A stretch of DNA of 51,967 bases. Origin: a virus (Duplodnaviria; Caudoviricetes). The position numbers were made by a program, and so were the translations under genes. Below the pieces are notes generated by a model. That model did not search any database, had not been told where the DNA came from, and worked only from the letters and a program-made list of their open reading frames with translations. The stretch's first letter is position 1, and each line of letters opens with the position of its first letter. The stretch is taken from positions 1-51,967 of the IMG/VR virus record IMGVR_UViG_3300013117_000053. One strand, 5' to 3'. This document shows positions 36,718-45,837 of this stretch, piece after piece.

Positions 36718-37409
36718 GAAAAAGAAAAAAACACAAGGTAATAGCATCGCCTCCTGCTGTGGATTACCATAGGATACGGGGAATGGGTGAGCCTTGTGAC
36801 AGGGATACGTATGCTATGGGAAATCTGGCATACCTAATAGGTAAGCACAACATAGATACAGTGGTAGAGACAGGGGTGCGGAGTGGGAGTACTACGTTAT
36901 TTTTTGCTAATTTGGTAAGTAGGGTATATGGGGTAGACCTGTGTATATCAGATGTAGCAAAGGATAGGGTGTTGTCGTGTATGCGTAGACGGTGGTTAGC
37001 TTCTCATAGTGTTACGTGGTACGAGGGAGACAGTCAGAAGTTAATGCCTGTTATCGTTAGTAGTGTACGTACAGAGCCAGTGCTGTTTTACTTGGATGCA
37101 CACGACTCGCCTAGTAACCCAAAAGGCATGACCCCTGTACCGTTACTTGGAGAATTGCAGGCTATAGCAAGTATGAGTACTCCTCCTGTAGTGGTAGTAC
37201 ATGACTGTGCAGTACCAGAGGAGCCTGAGCATATCTGTATGCCTAATGCTCATAATGGGGGAACTATATGCTATGATTTTATGAAAGAAATACTAGCGGA
37301 GTTTCACTGGAATTGGCGTATTGAGTATAACTCTTTTAGTAGAGGTAAGGGTGCGGCACCGTGGTATGATACCCCAAGTATGGGAGTTGCTTACATTCTT
37401 CCGTGTTGA
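36714..37409 (+). CDS. Class I SAM-dependent methyltransferase (small-molecule or glycan type)
   Basis: VVETGVRSGST, EGDS, LFYLDAH, EL..I, VVVHD. Confidence 0.8.
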   Translation: MRKRKKHKVIASPPAVDYHRIRGMGEPCDRDTYAMGNLAYLIGKHNIDTVVETGVRSGSTTLFFANLVSRVYGVDLCISDVAKDRVLSCMRRRWLASHSVTWYEGDSQKLMPVIVSSVRTEPVLFYLDAHDSPSNPKGMTPVPLLGELQAIASMSTPPVVVVHDCAVPEEPEHICMPNAHNGGTICYDFMKEILAEFHWNWRIEYNSFSRGKGAAPWYDTPSMGVAYILPC

Positions 37410-37427
37410 AAACTTTTCAAATAGTGA

Positions 37428-37456
37428 TTGACAAAAGATCATGAGTATGCCATACT
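37428..37456 (+). promoter_or_regulatory. Sigma70-type promoter (TTGACAAAAGA class)
   Basis: TTGACA-17 nt-CATACT with extended -10 TG. Confidence 0.8.
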
Positions 37457-37515
37457 AGTCTTGACAATCAGATAAGGCCCATAGATAAAAGGGGCACAAA
37501 AAAAGGAGAGACGGC

Positions 37516-39138
37516 ATGGACACGGAGGGATTCGTACGGCAACTCAATATCCTTACGGGAGCGGGAGTCGGTGTGATTCTCGTTCATACACGTGAGCCTC
37601 ACCGGACGGAAGAAGTCTTGCGAGAAGTAGCATTCTCGAAAGCTCGTCCCTTCAAGGTGTGGGATATCGTGTATGGGTGGAAGCACTACCCGGATAACCC
37701 TACAGATAAGGTAACGTACGAGAAGATGCCGGATGCGTTTGGTGCGTTAGCGCGTATTAACGATGTTACCGGCAACGGTAGTAATGCATGGGGTGAAGGT
37801 TATTTCGCAATGCATTACCCGCATTGGGTGTTGCCGAAACATCCGGCCTTCATTCAGTGTCTGAAGCACTATGTTCGGCAGTTTGCAGAATCGAAGCAGC
37901 GGCTGATTCTGCTAGTACCGGAAGGTTTCTCCCCCCCGCAAGAATTGCAGAATGATTTGCAAATCCTTGACTTCCCCCTCCCTTCTGAGGGTGAGCTTGC
38001 GGAGTCGCTGGAGGAGGTTATTCAAAGTGGATTACCGGAAGGTGTAACTGCTGAAGTATTCAGTGACGAGGAGCGACAAACCCTTGTGCGGAATGCTACT
38101 GGTATGACTAAGTTGGAAGCAGAAGCGGCGTATGCGCAGGCGATCATTACTAATAATGATTCCTGGCCTGAAACCGAGATTGCTGATTTCAATGCTGTGC
38201 TTCTTAAGAGCAAGACCGATGTAGTCAAACGGTCAGAGGTGTTGGAGTTAATGGAAGCTGAGACATTTGATGATGTTGGTGGTTTGGAGTTGTTTAAGGA
38301 ATACGTGCATCAGCGTCGGCGTGCGTTTTCTGAGGAAGCGCGGGAGTTCGGGGTAGACGTGCCGAAAGGTATTATGCTGGTCGGCCCTCCGGGTACGGGT
38401 AAGAGTCTTTGTGCGAAGGCTTCAGCGGCGTCTTTGGGTCTTCCTCTTATTAAGTTTGATGTGAGTCGTGTGTTTGGTTCTCTGGTTGGACAGTCTGAGG
38501 GACGGGTACGGTCGGCACTAAGTCAGCTTGAAGCTATGGCACCGTGCGTTGCCCTGATTGATGAGGTAGATAAAGGTCTTGGTGGGGCGCACACCTCCGG
38601 GGGTGATAGCGGTGTTTCCCGCCGTGTGTTAGGAGCAATCCTCACACATATGCAGGAGAGCAAGGCTCCCGTTTATTGGGTCTTTACTGCAAATCGCGTT
38701 AATGTCCTTCCCCCGGAACTGATCCGAAAGGGTAGGCTTGACGAAGTGTTTTGTGTAACTATGCCGAATGTTACGGAGCGCCGGGAGATTCTGGCTATTC
38801 ATCTTAGGAAGCGGAAGCAAAATCCGAAAAAAGTCACGGGCTTAAAGAAGGCCGTACAGGGTTCGCGGGGTTTTGTGGCTTCCGAATTGGAGAGTGCCGT
38901 TGCTGAAGCAGTCAATCAAGCATTCCATAGGGGGTGCAAGGTTACGGGTGTTCTGATCCTCGAACAGCTTGCCGATATGAAACCTATTAGCGTGGCGTTC
39001 AAAGAAGACTTCGAGTACATGATGCAGTGGGCACAGAGCAATGCCCGCCTTACTTCTGTGCCGGAAGATGAGCCGGTGACTGTTAGTGTGGCAACAACGA
39101 ATGAATGCCCTCCCCGGCGTCGTCGGCTGGATACGTAG
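37516..39138 (+). CDS. Ycf46-like AAA+ ATPase
   Basis: Degenerate N-terminal AAA domain; DVGGLE, GPPGTGKS, LIDEVDK, TANR...LPPELIRKGRLDE. Confidence 0.9.
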   Translation: MDTEGFVRQLNILTGAGVGVILVHTREPHRTEEVLREVAFSKARPFKVWDIVYGWKHYPDNPTDKVTYEKMPDAFGALARINDVTGNGSNAWGEGYFAMHYPHWVLPKHPAFIQCLKHYVRQFAESKQRLILLVPEGFSPPQELQNDLQILDFPLPSEGELAESLEEVIQSGLPEGVTAEVFSDEERQTLVRNATGMTKLEAEAAYAQAIITNNDSWPETEIADFNAVLLKSKTDVVKRSEVLELMEAETFDDVGGLELFKEYVHQRRRAFSEEAREFGVDVPKGIMLVGPPGTGKSLCAKASAASLGLPLIKFDVSRVFGSLVGQSEGRVRSALSQLEAMAPCVALIDEVDKGLGGAHTSGGDSGVSRRVLGAILTHMQESKAPVYWVFTANRVNVLPPELIRKGRLDEVFCVTMPNVTERREILAIHLRKRKQNPKKVTGLKKAVQGSRGFVASELESAVAEAVNQAFHRGCKVTGVLILEQLADMKPISVAFKEDFEYMMQWAQSNARLTSVPEDEPVTVSVATTNECPPRRRRLDT

Positions 39139-39148
39139 GAGAGTTGTT

Positions 39149-39784
39149 ATGAATCATGTGACACTACAAGCACACACGGGGCAACTCTCCTCTGAGCTAG
39201 GTACGTTTAAGATGTACCTGTTTCACAGTCCGTCAAGTAAGTCGCTACGCAAGGGGCGTAAGGAGACGTTTATGGGTAACGCTATAAACGACACACCCGC
39301 AATCGGGCGAAAATTGGGAACGCAGACCATACCAGCACGGATAAATATCCGGCCTGAGATTGGTGGTAAGATGTTTGACACTACGTGGTTGCTTAACGAA
39401 GGTGAGGTGTACAAGGTGTTTGCCAAGGGGCGAATGGGGGGGCATCTCGCACGGGAGCGTACTGCTATCCTGTTTATCAAATTGCGGGATGATGGACCAC
39501 TAACACGTATCAAAGCTACTATGCCGAATGTGTGCCCTGATGCAAACTTCTCTGAGTGGACTATCACGGGACGTTTTGATATTCTGTCACTGGAGGAAGC
39601 TGAGTTTGAGGGTATCAACATTATCGAACACCTCCGAGGACAGGCAGCGGAACATAGTGTACGGAATATGTTTACAGTAGAACAGATGGAACAAGAGCGC
39701 CGGTCTCGTCCGAAGATTGTCATGAAAAGGGTTGGTGATAGGATTATGCCGGTGCAGCGACGGAGGAGGAGTCTCGACATTTAG
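39149..39784 (+). CDS. Hypothetical protein
   Basis: AGGAG SD before ATG 39149. Confidence 0.65.
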   Translation: MNHVTLQAHTGQLSSELGTFKMYLFHSPSSKSLRKGRKETFMGNAINDTPAIGRKLGTQTIPARINIRPEIGGKMFDTTWLLNEGEVYKVFAKGRMGGHLARERTAILFIKLRDDGPLTRIKATMPNVCPDANFSEWTITGRFDILSLEEAEFEGINIIEHLRGQAAEHSVRNMFTVEQMEQERRSRPKIVMKRVGDRIMPVQRRRRSLDI

Positions 39785-39787
39785 GGC

Positions 39788-39816
39788 TTGACAAAAGATC
39801 ATCCTCTTAGTATAGT
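39788..39816 (+). promoter_or_regulatory. Sigma70-type promoter (TTGACAAAAGA class)
   Basis: TTGACA-17 nt-TATAGT. Confidence 0.85.
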
Positions 39817-39856
39817 GAATATTGATGATGAAGAACCGTAGGAAAGGAGAGGCGTT

Positions 39857-40300
39857 ATGAGTCATACGACTAAGATTAAGCAAGTGCCGATGCGTTCGGA
39901 GTCCGCAATGCGGGCGGCGATTGCGGCACTGAAAGCGAAGGGGGTGGAGTGCTCCCTTTTGGAGAATGTCAAACCGCGTATGTACTACGCGGATCAGCAC
40001 AAAGAGTGTCCGCTGGTACTCCATCTCCCGCAATCCCGTTACGATGTTGGATTTGACCGGCAGGATGACGGTACGCTTATTCCGGTGTTTGACGGCTACC
40101 GGGGTGATGTGGGGAGGCAAATCGGGGTGAACATGGACGGGCTGCAAGGCACGGATAGGAGTGCTTCCAGTATCGGCCAGTTGCTGCAAGAATACAGCAA
40201 GGCTGTCGTGATTGAGACGGCGGCAATGAACGGTCAGATTGTTGATGGTATTACTGAGAACGCTGACGGCACCGTGTGTGTTCAGCTTTCGGGAATGTAG
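39857..40300 (+). CDS. DUF1257/Ycf35-like protein
   Basis: MSHTTKI, YDVGF...DGT...FD, LLQEYS, ENADGTV. Confidence 0.75.
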   Translation: MSHTTKIKQVPMRSESAMRAAIAALKAKGVECSLLENVKPRMYYADQHKECPLVLHLPQSRYDVGFDRQDDGTLIPVFDGYRGDVGRQIGVNMDGLQGTDRSASSIGQLLQEYSKAVVIETAAMNGQIVDGITENADGTVCVQLSGM

Positions 40301-40315
40301 GAGAAAGTGAACGCT

Positions 40316-40513
40316 ATGAGCGGTAAGACGATCACAGTGACAATCGACAAGGTAGGGCGACCGACAGTTGAGGCAAACGGGTTTGTCGGCACGGGCTGCA
40401 AGGCGGCAACAGCGGCTCTGGAAGCGGCATTTGCCGGGGGGCAAATGGACGTAACCGAAAAACCGGAAATGTACATGGAACCTGTTGAGCAGCAGGAGTA
40501 CCTGACTAACTAG
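40316..40513 (+). CDS. DUF2997-like protein
   Basis: ITVTIDKVG.PTVEANGFVGTGC..AT..LE...KPEMY. Confidence 0.8.
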   Translation: MSGKTITVTIDKVGRPTVEANGFVGTGCKAATAALEAAFAGGQMDVTEKPEMYMEPVEQQEYLTN

Positions 40514-40727
40514 GGGGTACACGGGAAGGGAGAGCAAGACCCTCCCTTCCCCCCTCATGAGAGCCTGTAAGAGCCATATCGGCGCTCCTACAGTCTCTCA
40601 TGAGGGAAAATGTGACAGGCGACGGCGCATGTCTCTCCGATTCTTCGCGCTAACTGTCACACGGCGCTTACTCTTTCTTGCCGTCGGGGTAAGCGTCCCC
40701 TCATTATCTAACGGGAGGAAAGAGAGC

Positions 40728-41000
40728 ATGGCAGAGTTTGAGACAATCAAGATGCTGGGAGATCGGGTATGCGTAGCACTTGATCAGAGAAAGACAGATG
40801 CAGAAGGTATCGTGATTCCGCAAATAGCGAAGTTACCCGCGTTCTGGGGTGTAGCCGGGGCAGTAGGACCGGAGTGCAAACACGTCAGGCAAGGTGACAG
40901 GGTGTATGTTTCCCGGCATGTAGGTAATCACTTCAAGAAGGGGCAGTATGAGTATGTGATTCTCCATGAAGGACAAATTTTGTGCCGGGAAGAAGTCTGA
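40728..41000 (+). CDS. groES: GroES/Cpn10-like co-chaperonin
   Basis: IKMLGDRVCV, GIVIP mobile loop, AVGP...VRQGDRV, YVILHEGQIL; ATG 40728 after GGAGG. Confidence 0.85.
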   Translation: MAEFETIKMLGDRVCVALDQRKTDAEGIVIPQIAKLPAFWGVAGAVGPECKHVRQGDRVYVSRHVGNHFKKGQYEYVILHEGQILCREEV

Positions 41001-41019
41001 AATCTTTTCAGAATACCTG

Positions 41020-41048
41020 TTGACAAAAGAACCGCTTTGTGATACTGT
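41020..41048 (+). promoter_or_regulatory. Sigma70-type promoter (TTGACAAAAGA class)
   Basis: TTGACA-17 nt-TACTGT with extended -10 TG. Confidence 0.75.
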
Positions 41049-41082
41049 ATAGACATACTAGGAATCGCAAAGGAGAGACGGC

Positions 41083-41541
41083 ATGGACGGCAAGCCAAAA
41101 CGACGGAAAGCACTACGACAGGTATTACGGCAAGTCACACTCTGCGAACAAACCTATGCGGCTTTGTTGGTTACGGGCCGTCCTGAGAAAGAGAATTGGC
41201 CGGAAGGTTATCCCGTACAACGCGGTTATGGAATCGTGCGGAAATGGACATTACCGGAAAGGCAGGCATTTTCGATGATTAATGCGGTTGAGGATCTTGC
41301 CGATATCTATTTTCGGCAGAATACGTCTGAGGGTAATCGAATGTTCCGCAAAATGCACAAAGATGTGTTGCGGAATCGGGAACCGGGGGACATGCTAGTA
41401 GACCCGTCAAGAGCCGTACCGGGCGATGGTGAGGTTTTCTGTCCTAGCTGTAACGGTTATGGGGCTGACACGAACGACAATGTATGTGAGCCGTGTATGG
41501 GATCGGGGATCATGGAAAAACCAGACGAGAGGTACACATGA
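41083..41541 (+). CDS. Hypothetical protein with C-terminal DnaJ-type CxxCxGxG zinc finger
   Basis: CPSCNGYG...CEPCMGSG; AAGGAG SD. Confidence 0.65.
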   Translation: MDGKPKRRKALRQVLRQVTLCEQTYAALLVTGRPEKENWPEGYPVQRGYGIVRKWTLPERQAFSMINAVEDLADIYFRQNTSEGNRMFRKMHKDVLRNREPGDMLVDPSRAVPGDGEVFCPSCNGYGADTNDNVCEPCMGSGIMEKPDERYT

Positions 41542-41933
41542 GCGGGCAGACTATTCAAATCGGGGCAACGGGGGAAGTGCTGGGTCTTCAAATGAAGAAG
41601 GGTCGGGGTACGGATCTTCGTAAGCTGGGACCGGCCAGTATTGAGCGGGTGTCTGAGATTGTGTGGGATGAGGACTGCCAAGCATGGTGTGTTAGGCTAC
41701 TACAGGGTGAGTTGTCGGGACAGCATATTACCTATGAGTTGGTACGAGAGTACAACTTGTGGCAATCTTCCGAAGTATCCGGTGCTCTTGTTCTCTCAAA
41801 CGGATGGTTTGACTTTGGGCAGATATCCGGTCCCTTCTACTATTCTGACTATGATGTGGCAGTTGATTTAGAGGTTGCTGTTATTCAATGGATGATAGCA
41901 AACGGACACGCGAAGAAAGTGATTGATGAGTAG
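41538..41933 (+). CDS. Hypothetical protein of a type often clustered with AAA/DUF1257/DUF2997
   Basis: IQIGATGEV...DLRKLG...IER.S.I.W...W.V...AV..EV pattern; ATGA overlap. Confidence 0.55.
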   Translation: MSGQTIQIGATGEVLGLQMKKGRGTDLRKLGPASIERVSEIVWDEDCQAWCVRLLQGELSGQHITYELVREYNLWQSSEVSGALVLSNGWFDFGQISGPFYYSDYDVAVDLEVAVIQWMIANGHAKKVIDE

Positions 41934-42054
41934 GTGTGCACAACGGACAAGGCTTAGGCCCGTGAGGGTAGATCATGTGTGGTGTTTTCGCGGAACACAG
42001 CAGTAGACGCCCAAGCCGGGGTGGGTAGCGAGTGGTTAGTGCATACCTACTCTA

Positions 42055-42090
42055 TAAAAAGACCCCGGTGCCATGTTACTGACACCGGGG
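42055..42090 (-). terminator. Reverse-strand Rho-independent terminator upstream of the initiator gene
   Basis: CCCCGGTG/CACCGGGG stem preceded on + by TAAAAAGA, which is a U-tract on the - strand. Confidence 0.6.
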
Positions 42091-42157
42091 CGACGATGAG
42101 AAAGAGTGACGCGCTGAGAGTATAGTCTCATATCAGATATGAAACTACAAGTACAAA

Positions 42158-43384
42158 ATGGGAGGGGAGATGCTGGATTCTCCTGTATATTTTCGGGAGT
42201 GCTTCCGTATCATCGAAAGGGATTGGGGAGCAGTCTTGCATCCATCGAGCAAGGCAATCGTGTGGATGGTTCTAGACAGAACAATAGGGTGGGGCAAGAA
42301 GTTAGAACGAATCCCGCTGAGGCACTTTACCGATGGTATTCTGTCAGCAAAAAGCGGCATGGTAATCCATCCGGGGACAGGGCTATCAAGAGCAACGGTC
42401 AGCAGTCGGCTGGCCGAATTGCTTTCATGGGGTACGCTGATTCGGCACGGACAGTGTGTGTACGAGATTGACTTTGAATGGAGACCGGAAATCGTGGGTT
42501 TGAGGAAATCAGACTACAAAACTCCCGCCAAAGGGGGTCTAAAAATTAGCACGAAAATGCCTAAAAATCAGCATGGGGGGGTGCTAGAAATTAGACCTTA
42601 TAAGAGAGAGAAGGAGGAAGAGAGGACAAAGATAAGAGGCAAAGCCGCGTTGCGGCAGTCCCCAAACGAGTTGCAGGAGAATCTGACTCAAATTGAACGA
42701 CGGGCAACTGCCCGAAGCATGCAACGGATGCAGAAGGTTGCTGCATGTGCTGGCGTCCCGAAAGCCTCCCTTCTTGGGCATATGTGGATGGATGCTGTGC
42801 AAGCTTGCTACCCGGAGTCTATCCTGCCTACGATGACGCACAAGGCAATGGGGATGCTGCGTCAATATGCTTTTCGGTTTTGTCGAATGCGGGGACCGAA
42901 AGAGCAACGGCTACCTTTTGAAAACTTTTCAAGCTATGTGGATTGGGTTATATTGGAGTGGCGGCTAATCATGGATAACCGCTTTTCGTGGTGTGATAAC
43001 ATACCGCTGATTCCTGATATACGTTTTTATGTGGGCATGGCGAATCACTTTGAGCGGGCATGGGAAGAACGGCGGCAACTGGAAGCATTACGGAAGATGA
43101 CTCCCCGTGAGGCATTTCATACGCGTTTGGTAGATGGGGGGCTTACGGAGGAAGCCGCCGACAGGGCAGTATCAGAACGGTTTCGAGTTGATGAGGAGCG
43201 AGAAGCACTAGAGAGGGAACGGAAGGCGCTGAAGCAGGAGAGGCTTGCCTTGCAGCGGGAGGGAGTACAGCAAGTTGAAGCAAAAGTCAGAAAAGAAAAA
43301 CAGCAAGACATGGATAACCGCAGAGCCGGGTACAGAACCGGCGAAACGGCGGGCTTTGTCTGGAACGAGGACGTTGACGGATAA
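42158..43384 (+). CDS. Replication initiator (lambda O-like N-terminal winged helix)
   Basis: WMVLDRTIGWGK..ERI.LRHF, TGLSRATV; upstream of loader and helicase; start may be 42170. Confidence 0.7.
   Translation: MGGEMLDSPVYFRECFRIIERDWGAVLHPSSKAIVWMVLDRTIGWGKKLERIPLRHFTDGILSAKSGMVIHPGTGLSRATVSSRLAELLSWGTLIRHGQCVYEIDFEWRPEIVGLRKSDYKTPAKGGLKISTKMPKNQHGGVLEIRPYKREKEEERTKIRGKAALRQSPNELQENLTQIERRATARSMQRMQKVAACAGVPKASLLGHMWMDAVQACYPESILPTMTHKAMGMLRQYAFRFCRMRGPKEQRLPFENFSSYVDWVILEWRLIMDNRFSWCDNIPLIPDIRFYVGMANHFERAWEERRQLEALRKMTPREAFHTRLVDGGLTEEAADRAVSERFRVDEEREALERERKALKQERLALQREGVQQVEAKVRKEKQQDMDNRRAGYRTGETAGFVWNEDVDG
42535..42597. repeat. Putative iterons/origin inside the initiator gene
   Basis: Three related units: gtctaaaaattagcac, gcctaaaaatcagcat, gtgctagaaattagacc. 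Confidence 0.4.
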
Positions 43385-43910
43385 GGATATCCGGTCTGCA
43401 CTACTACAGGCGGGTATTCCTCGCAGATATCACGGTAAGTACCGTGCTGTAAACGAGACGGGGTATGGGGATACTATCCGGCAATGGATCAGGGATCTTG
43501 CCCCCTTCGTGGTGCCGCAGTATACTACGGAGGAAGATGACATAAAGGGTCTTTTCTTTTATGGGGATGCTGCGATTGATGCATTGTACCTAACGGCGCG
43601 GGGGTTGTTGGTGTCGGGTATATCGGCTAAGGTGTTTACTTTGCCGGATTTATTCGACATAGACTTGCGTGAGACCGCACGAGATATGGATAATCTTGTG
43701 GTTGGTATTGTAGGCTATAACGAGGAGGGGATAAAGTATCCCGGCGATCAGGAGCGTATTTATGCAGTACAATGGTGGATAACGAAACTGATCAATGCGG
43801 GGAAAGTGATGCTCTTGCAGGGAGAGCATGAACCGGAGATTGATAAAGATTGGTGGGGGCGGGGGCTGAGCCGATTAGTCAAACGCACCTCTACTATTTT
43901 AGAGTGTTGA
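43374..43910 (+). CDS. Degenerate DnaC/IstB-like helicase loader
   Basis: AGIPRRY, GLFFYG without a canonical Walker A; between initiator and DnaB; TTG start inferred. Confidence 0.5.
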   Translation: MTDKDIRSALLQAGIPRRYHGKYRAVNETGYGDTIRQWIRDLAPFVVPQYTTEEDDIKGLFFYGDAAIDALYLTARGLLVSGISAKVFTLPDLFDIDLRETARDMDNLVVGIVGYNEEGIKYPGDQERIYAVQWWITKLINAGKVMLLQGEHEPEIDKDWWGRGLSRLVKRTSTILEC

Positions 43911-43917
43911 GGGGTTA

Positions 43918-45234
43918 ATGAGCCACGGTAGATTGTTTATACAGTCTGCGATAGCTGAACAGCAACCGGCTGTGCTACGCAGAGCGCTTCCTGAGTATTT
44001 CCTCGAAGAAGAAATGCCGCTGTTTGAATATGTACTTGCGCACCATAATAGATTCGGGGTGATGCCGGGGGAGGGGCAACTACGAGAGAACGGGTTTCGG
44101 TTGTCCCCTTTTGAGTCGGATCAACCTATTGCATATCATCTGCAGCGATTGCAGCATCGTTTTATTTTTAATGTAGTTAATGACGGATTGCCTGAGATCA
44201 CAAACGGGATGCAGGCACAGGATATGGATGCTGTCATTGATACATTCCGACATGTACTTGCCCGTGCCGGTAATGCGTTGCAGCAGAATGCGGCTACTGA
44301 GCTGTCTGATGAGGTACAGCACGTAATTGATGACTATGAGTATGCGCGTAGAAATCCGGGGTTGCGCGGTATCACACTAGGGTTGCCGACGCTTGATATG
44401 CTGACCCTTGGAGCGCAACCGGGAGACTTGATTGTAACGGCGGGTAGGCCGTCGTTAGGGAAGACTAACCTACTTATCAATAGTGCGTATGGGGCATGGT
44501 TATTGCATCATAGGTTGCTTGTGATATCCATGGAAATGCAGAAGCTTCAGATTACCCGGAGATGGGTGGGGCGGCATACGGGATTGAATCCGAATCTGAT
44601 ACGAGCGGGGCATTTATCTCAGTGGGGAGATCAGCTATTACGTGAGGGGGCGCAACAGATTACGGATGCGGCTGGTAGAGTGTTTCTTGAGACAGGGGAC
44701 TATACGCGGCAAGTCGGGGGTGTGGAGGAGATGATAGAGCAGTTTCAGCCGGAAGCTGTGTACATCGACGCTGCGTATTTGCTATCCCCGGAAGGAGTTA
44801 AGAAGGGGTATATCTCCCGATGGGAGTCTATCTCTGAGGTAGTAGGGCAACTCAAACAGCTTGCCATGAAGTATGGCATACCGATATTCATTACGGTACA
44901 GTTCAATCGTAACCAGAAGACGAACAGTACAAAGAACCCGGACCTTGGAGATATAGCTGGGACGGACGCCATACCGCAAGACGCCAGTATTGTATTAGGT
45001 ATCCAAAAAGCCCCTGCGCCGTATGGGGATGTACGTAGACTCATACATATGATGAAGTCGCGGGAAGGTGAGGTAGCGACAGTTGTGATCAACTACTTGT
45101 TCGAGCCGGTTGACTTTACTGAGATCCAAGAAGAGGAAGAGGAACAGGAGCAGCAGGTGCATGTGGTTAATTTGGAGTGGATGGTCAGCATTTTGATATT
45201 ATTGGGAATCACGCTAGTGACTACTTTAGGTTAA
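43918..45234 (+). CDS. dnaB: DnaB-like replicative helicase
   Basis: GITLGLPTLD, AGRPSLGKT, ISMEM, VYIDAAYL, VQFNR, I.QDASIV, KSREG. Confidence 0.93.
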   Translation: MSHGRLFIQSAIAEQQPAVLRRALPEYFLEEEMPLFEYVLAHHNRFGVMPGEGQLRENGFRLSPFESDQPIAYHLQRLQHRFIFNVVNDGLPEITNGMQAQDMDAVIDTFRHVLARAGNALQQNAATELSDEVQHVIDDYEYARRNPGLRGITLGLPTLDMLTLGAQPGDLIVTAGRPSLGKTNLLINSAYGAWLLHHRLLVISMEMQKLQITRRWVGRHTGLNPNLIRAGHLSQWGDQLLREGAQQITDAAGRVFLETGDYTRQVGGVEEMIEQFQPEAVYIDAAYLLSPEGVKKGYISRWESISEVVGQLKQLAMKYGIPIFITVQFNRNQKTNSTKNPDLGDIAGTDAIPQDASIVLGIQKAPAPYGDVRRLIHMMKSREGEVATVVINYLFEPVDFTEIQEEEEEQEQQVHVVNLEWMVSILILLGITLVTTLG

Positions 45235-45235
45235 C

Positions 45236-45524
45236 AAGGAACGCAGAAAGTGAGGTTTTCGGAATGACAAGCAAAACGCGAAAGGGAGATAACCCCCACT
45301 GCCTTGTTGGGCAGTGCGAGGATTGCGAAGGGACGGGCTGGTACGGATGCAACGGCCCCGGCATCCCCGGCAACACGGAGTTCGTGAAGTGTAACTGCGG
45401 GACTGCGACGAAATGTACGGCGGGCTATCACAAGTACCGAGTGATTGACGGTGTGCCGTGGTGCGACGAATGTGGACGGGAGGCTGACTTGAGTGTATGC
45501 AAGCTCACTCACCCCCTGCCCAAT
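45236..45524. mobile_element. Orphan attC-type cassette
   Basis: AAC(45240)...GTTGGGCAG(45306-45314) site resembling site 4; gene ends at CTGCCCAAT (45516-45524), an 8/9 reverse complement. Confidence 0.6.
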
Positions 45525-45536
45525 ATTCCTATATGA
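45264..45536 (+). CDS. Cys-rich zinc-finger-like cassette protein
   Basis: MTSK start inside the att-like site; CEDCEGTG, CNC, CDECG. Confidence 0.6.
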   Translation: MTSKTRKGDNPHCLVGQCEDCEGTGWYGCNGPGIPGNTEFVKCNCGTATKCTAGYHKYRVIDGVPWCDECGREADLSVCKLTHPLPNIPI

Positions 45537-45654
45537 TTCTACGGTGACTTCGAGGAAGTACTCGAACAGATTGGCCGACATGGAGAGGCTGAGTATGAGA
45601 TGTAAGCGGCCCAGCACAGAGTATGTTTGAATACTTTTCAAAGTAGGGGGAGCT

Positions 45655-45837
45655 ATGACATTTGTTGAGGAGTTACCTAGTTTACTAATTCGGCTCACAG
45701 AAGAGGAAGCGCGCTCTTTGTTAATTCGGCGGGGTGTGTTTGTTGCTGAGGGGAAAGCTAAGGCTGAGGTACTGAGCGGTAAGCATACGTTCAACTACGG
45801 TGAGTATTTGTGGGTAAAGGATACGGTGGAGAAGTGA
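45655..45837 (+). CDS. Small hypothetical protein
   Basis: GGGGAG SD; GTGA overlap with polA. Confidence 0.5.
   Translation: MTFVEELPSLLIRLTEEEARSLLIRRGVFVAEGKAKAEVLSGKHTFNYGEYLWVKDTVEK

Noticed and set aside
40557-40727. N-terminal extension of GroES in the ORF track
   Set aside because: Overlaps stable hairpins; GroES homology and an SD begin at ATG 40728.
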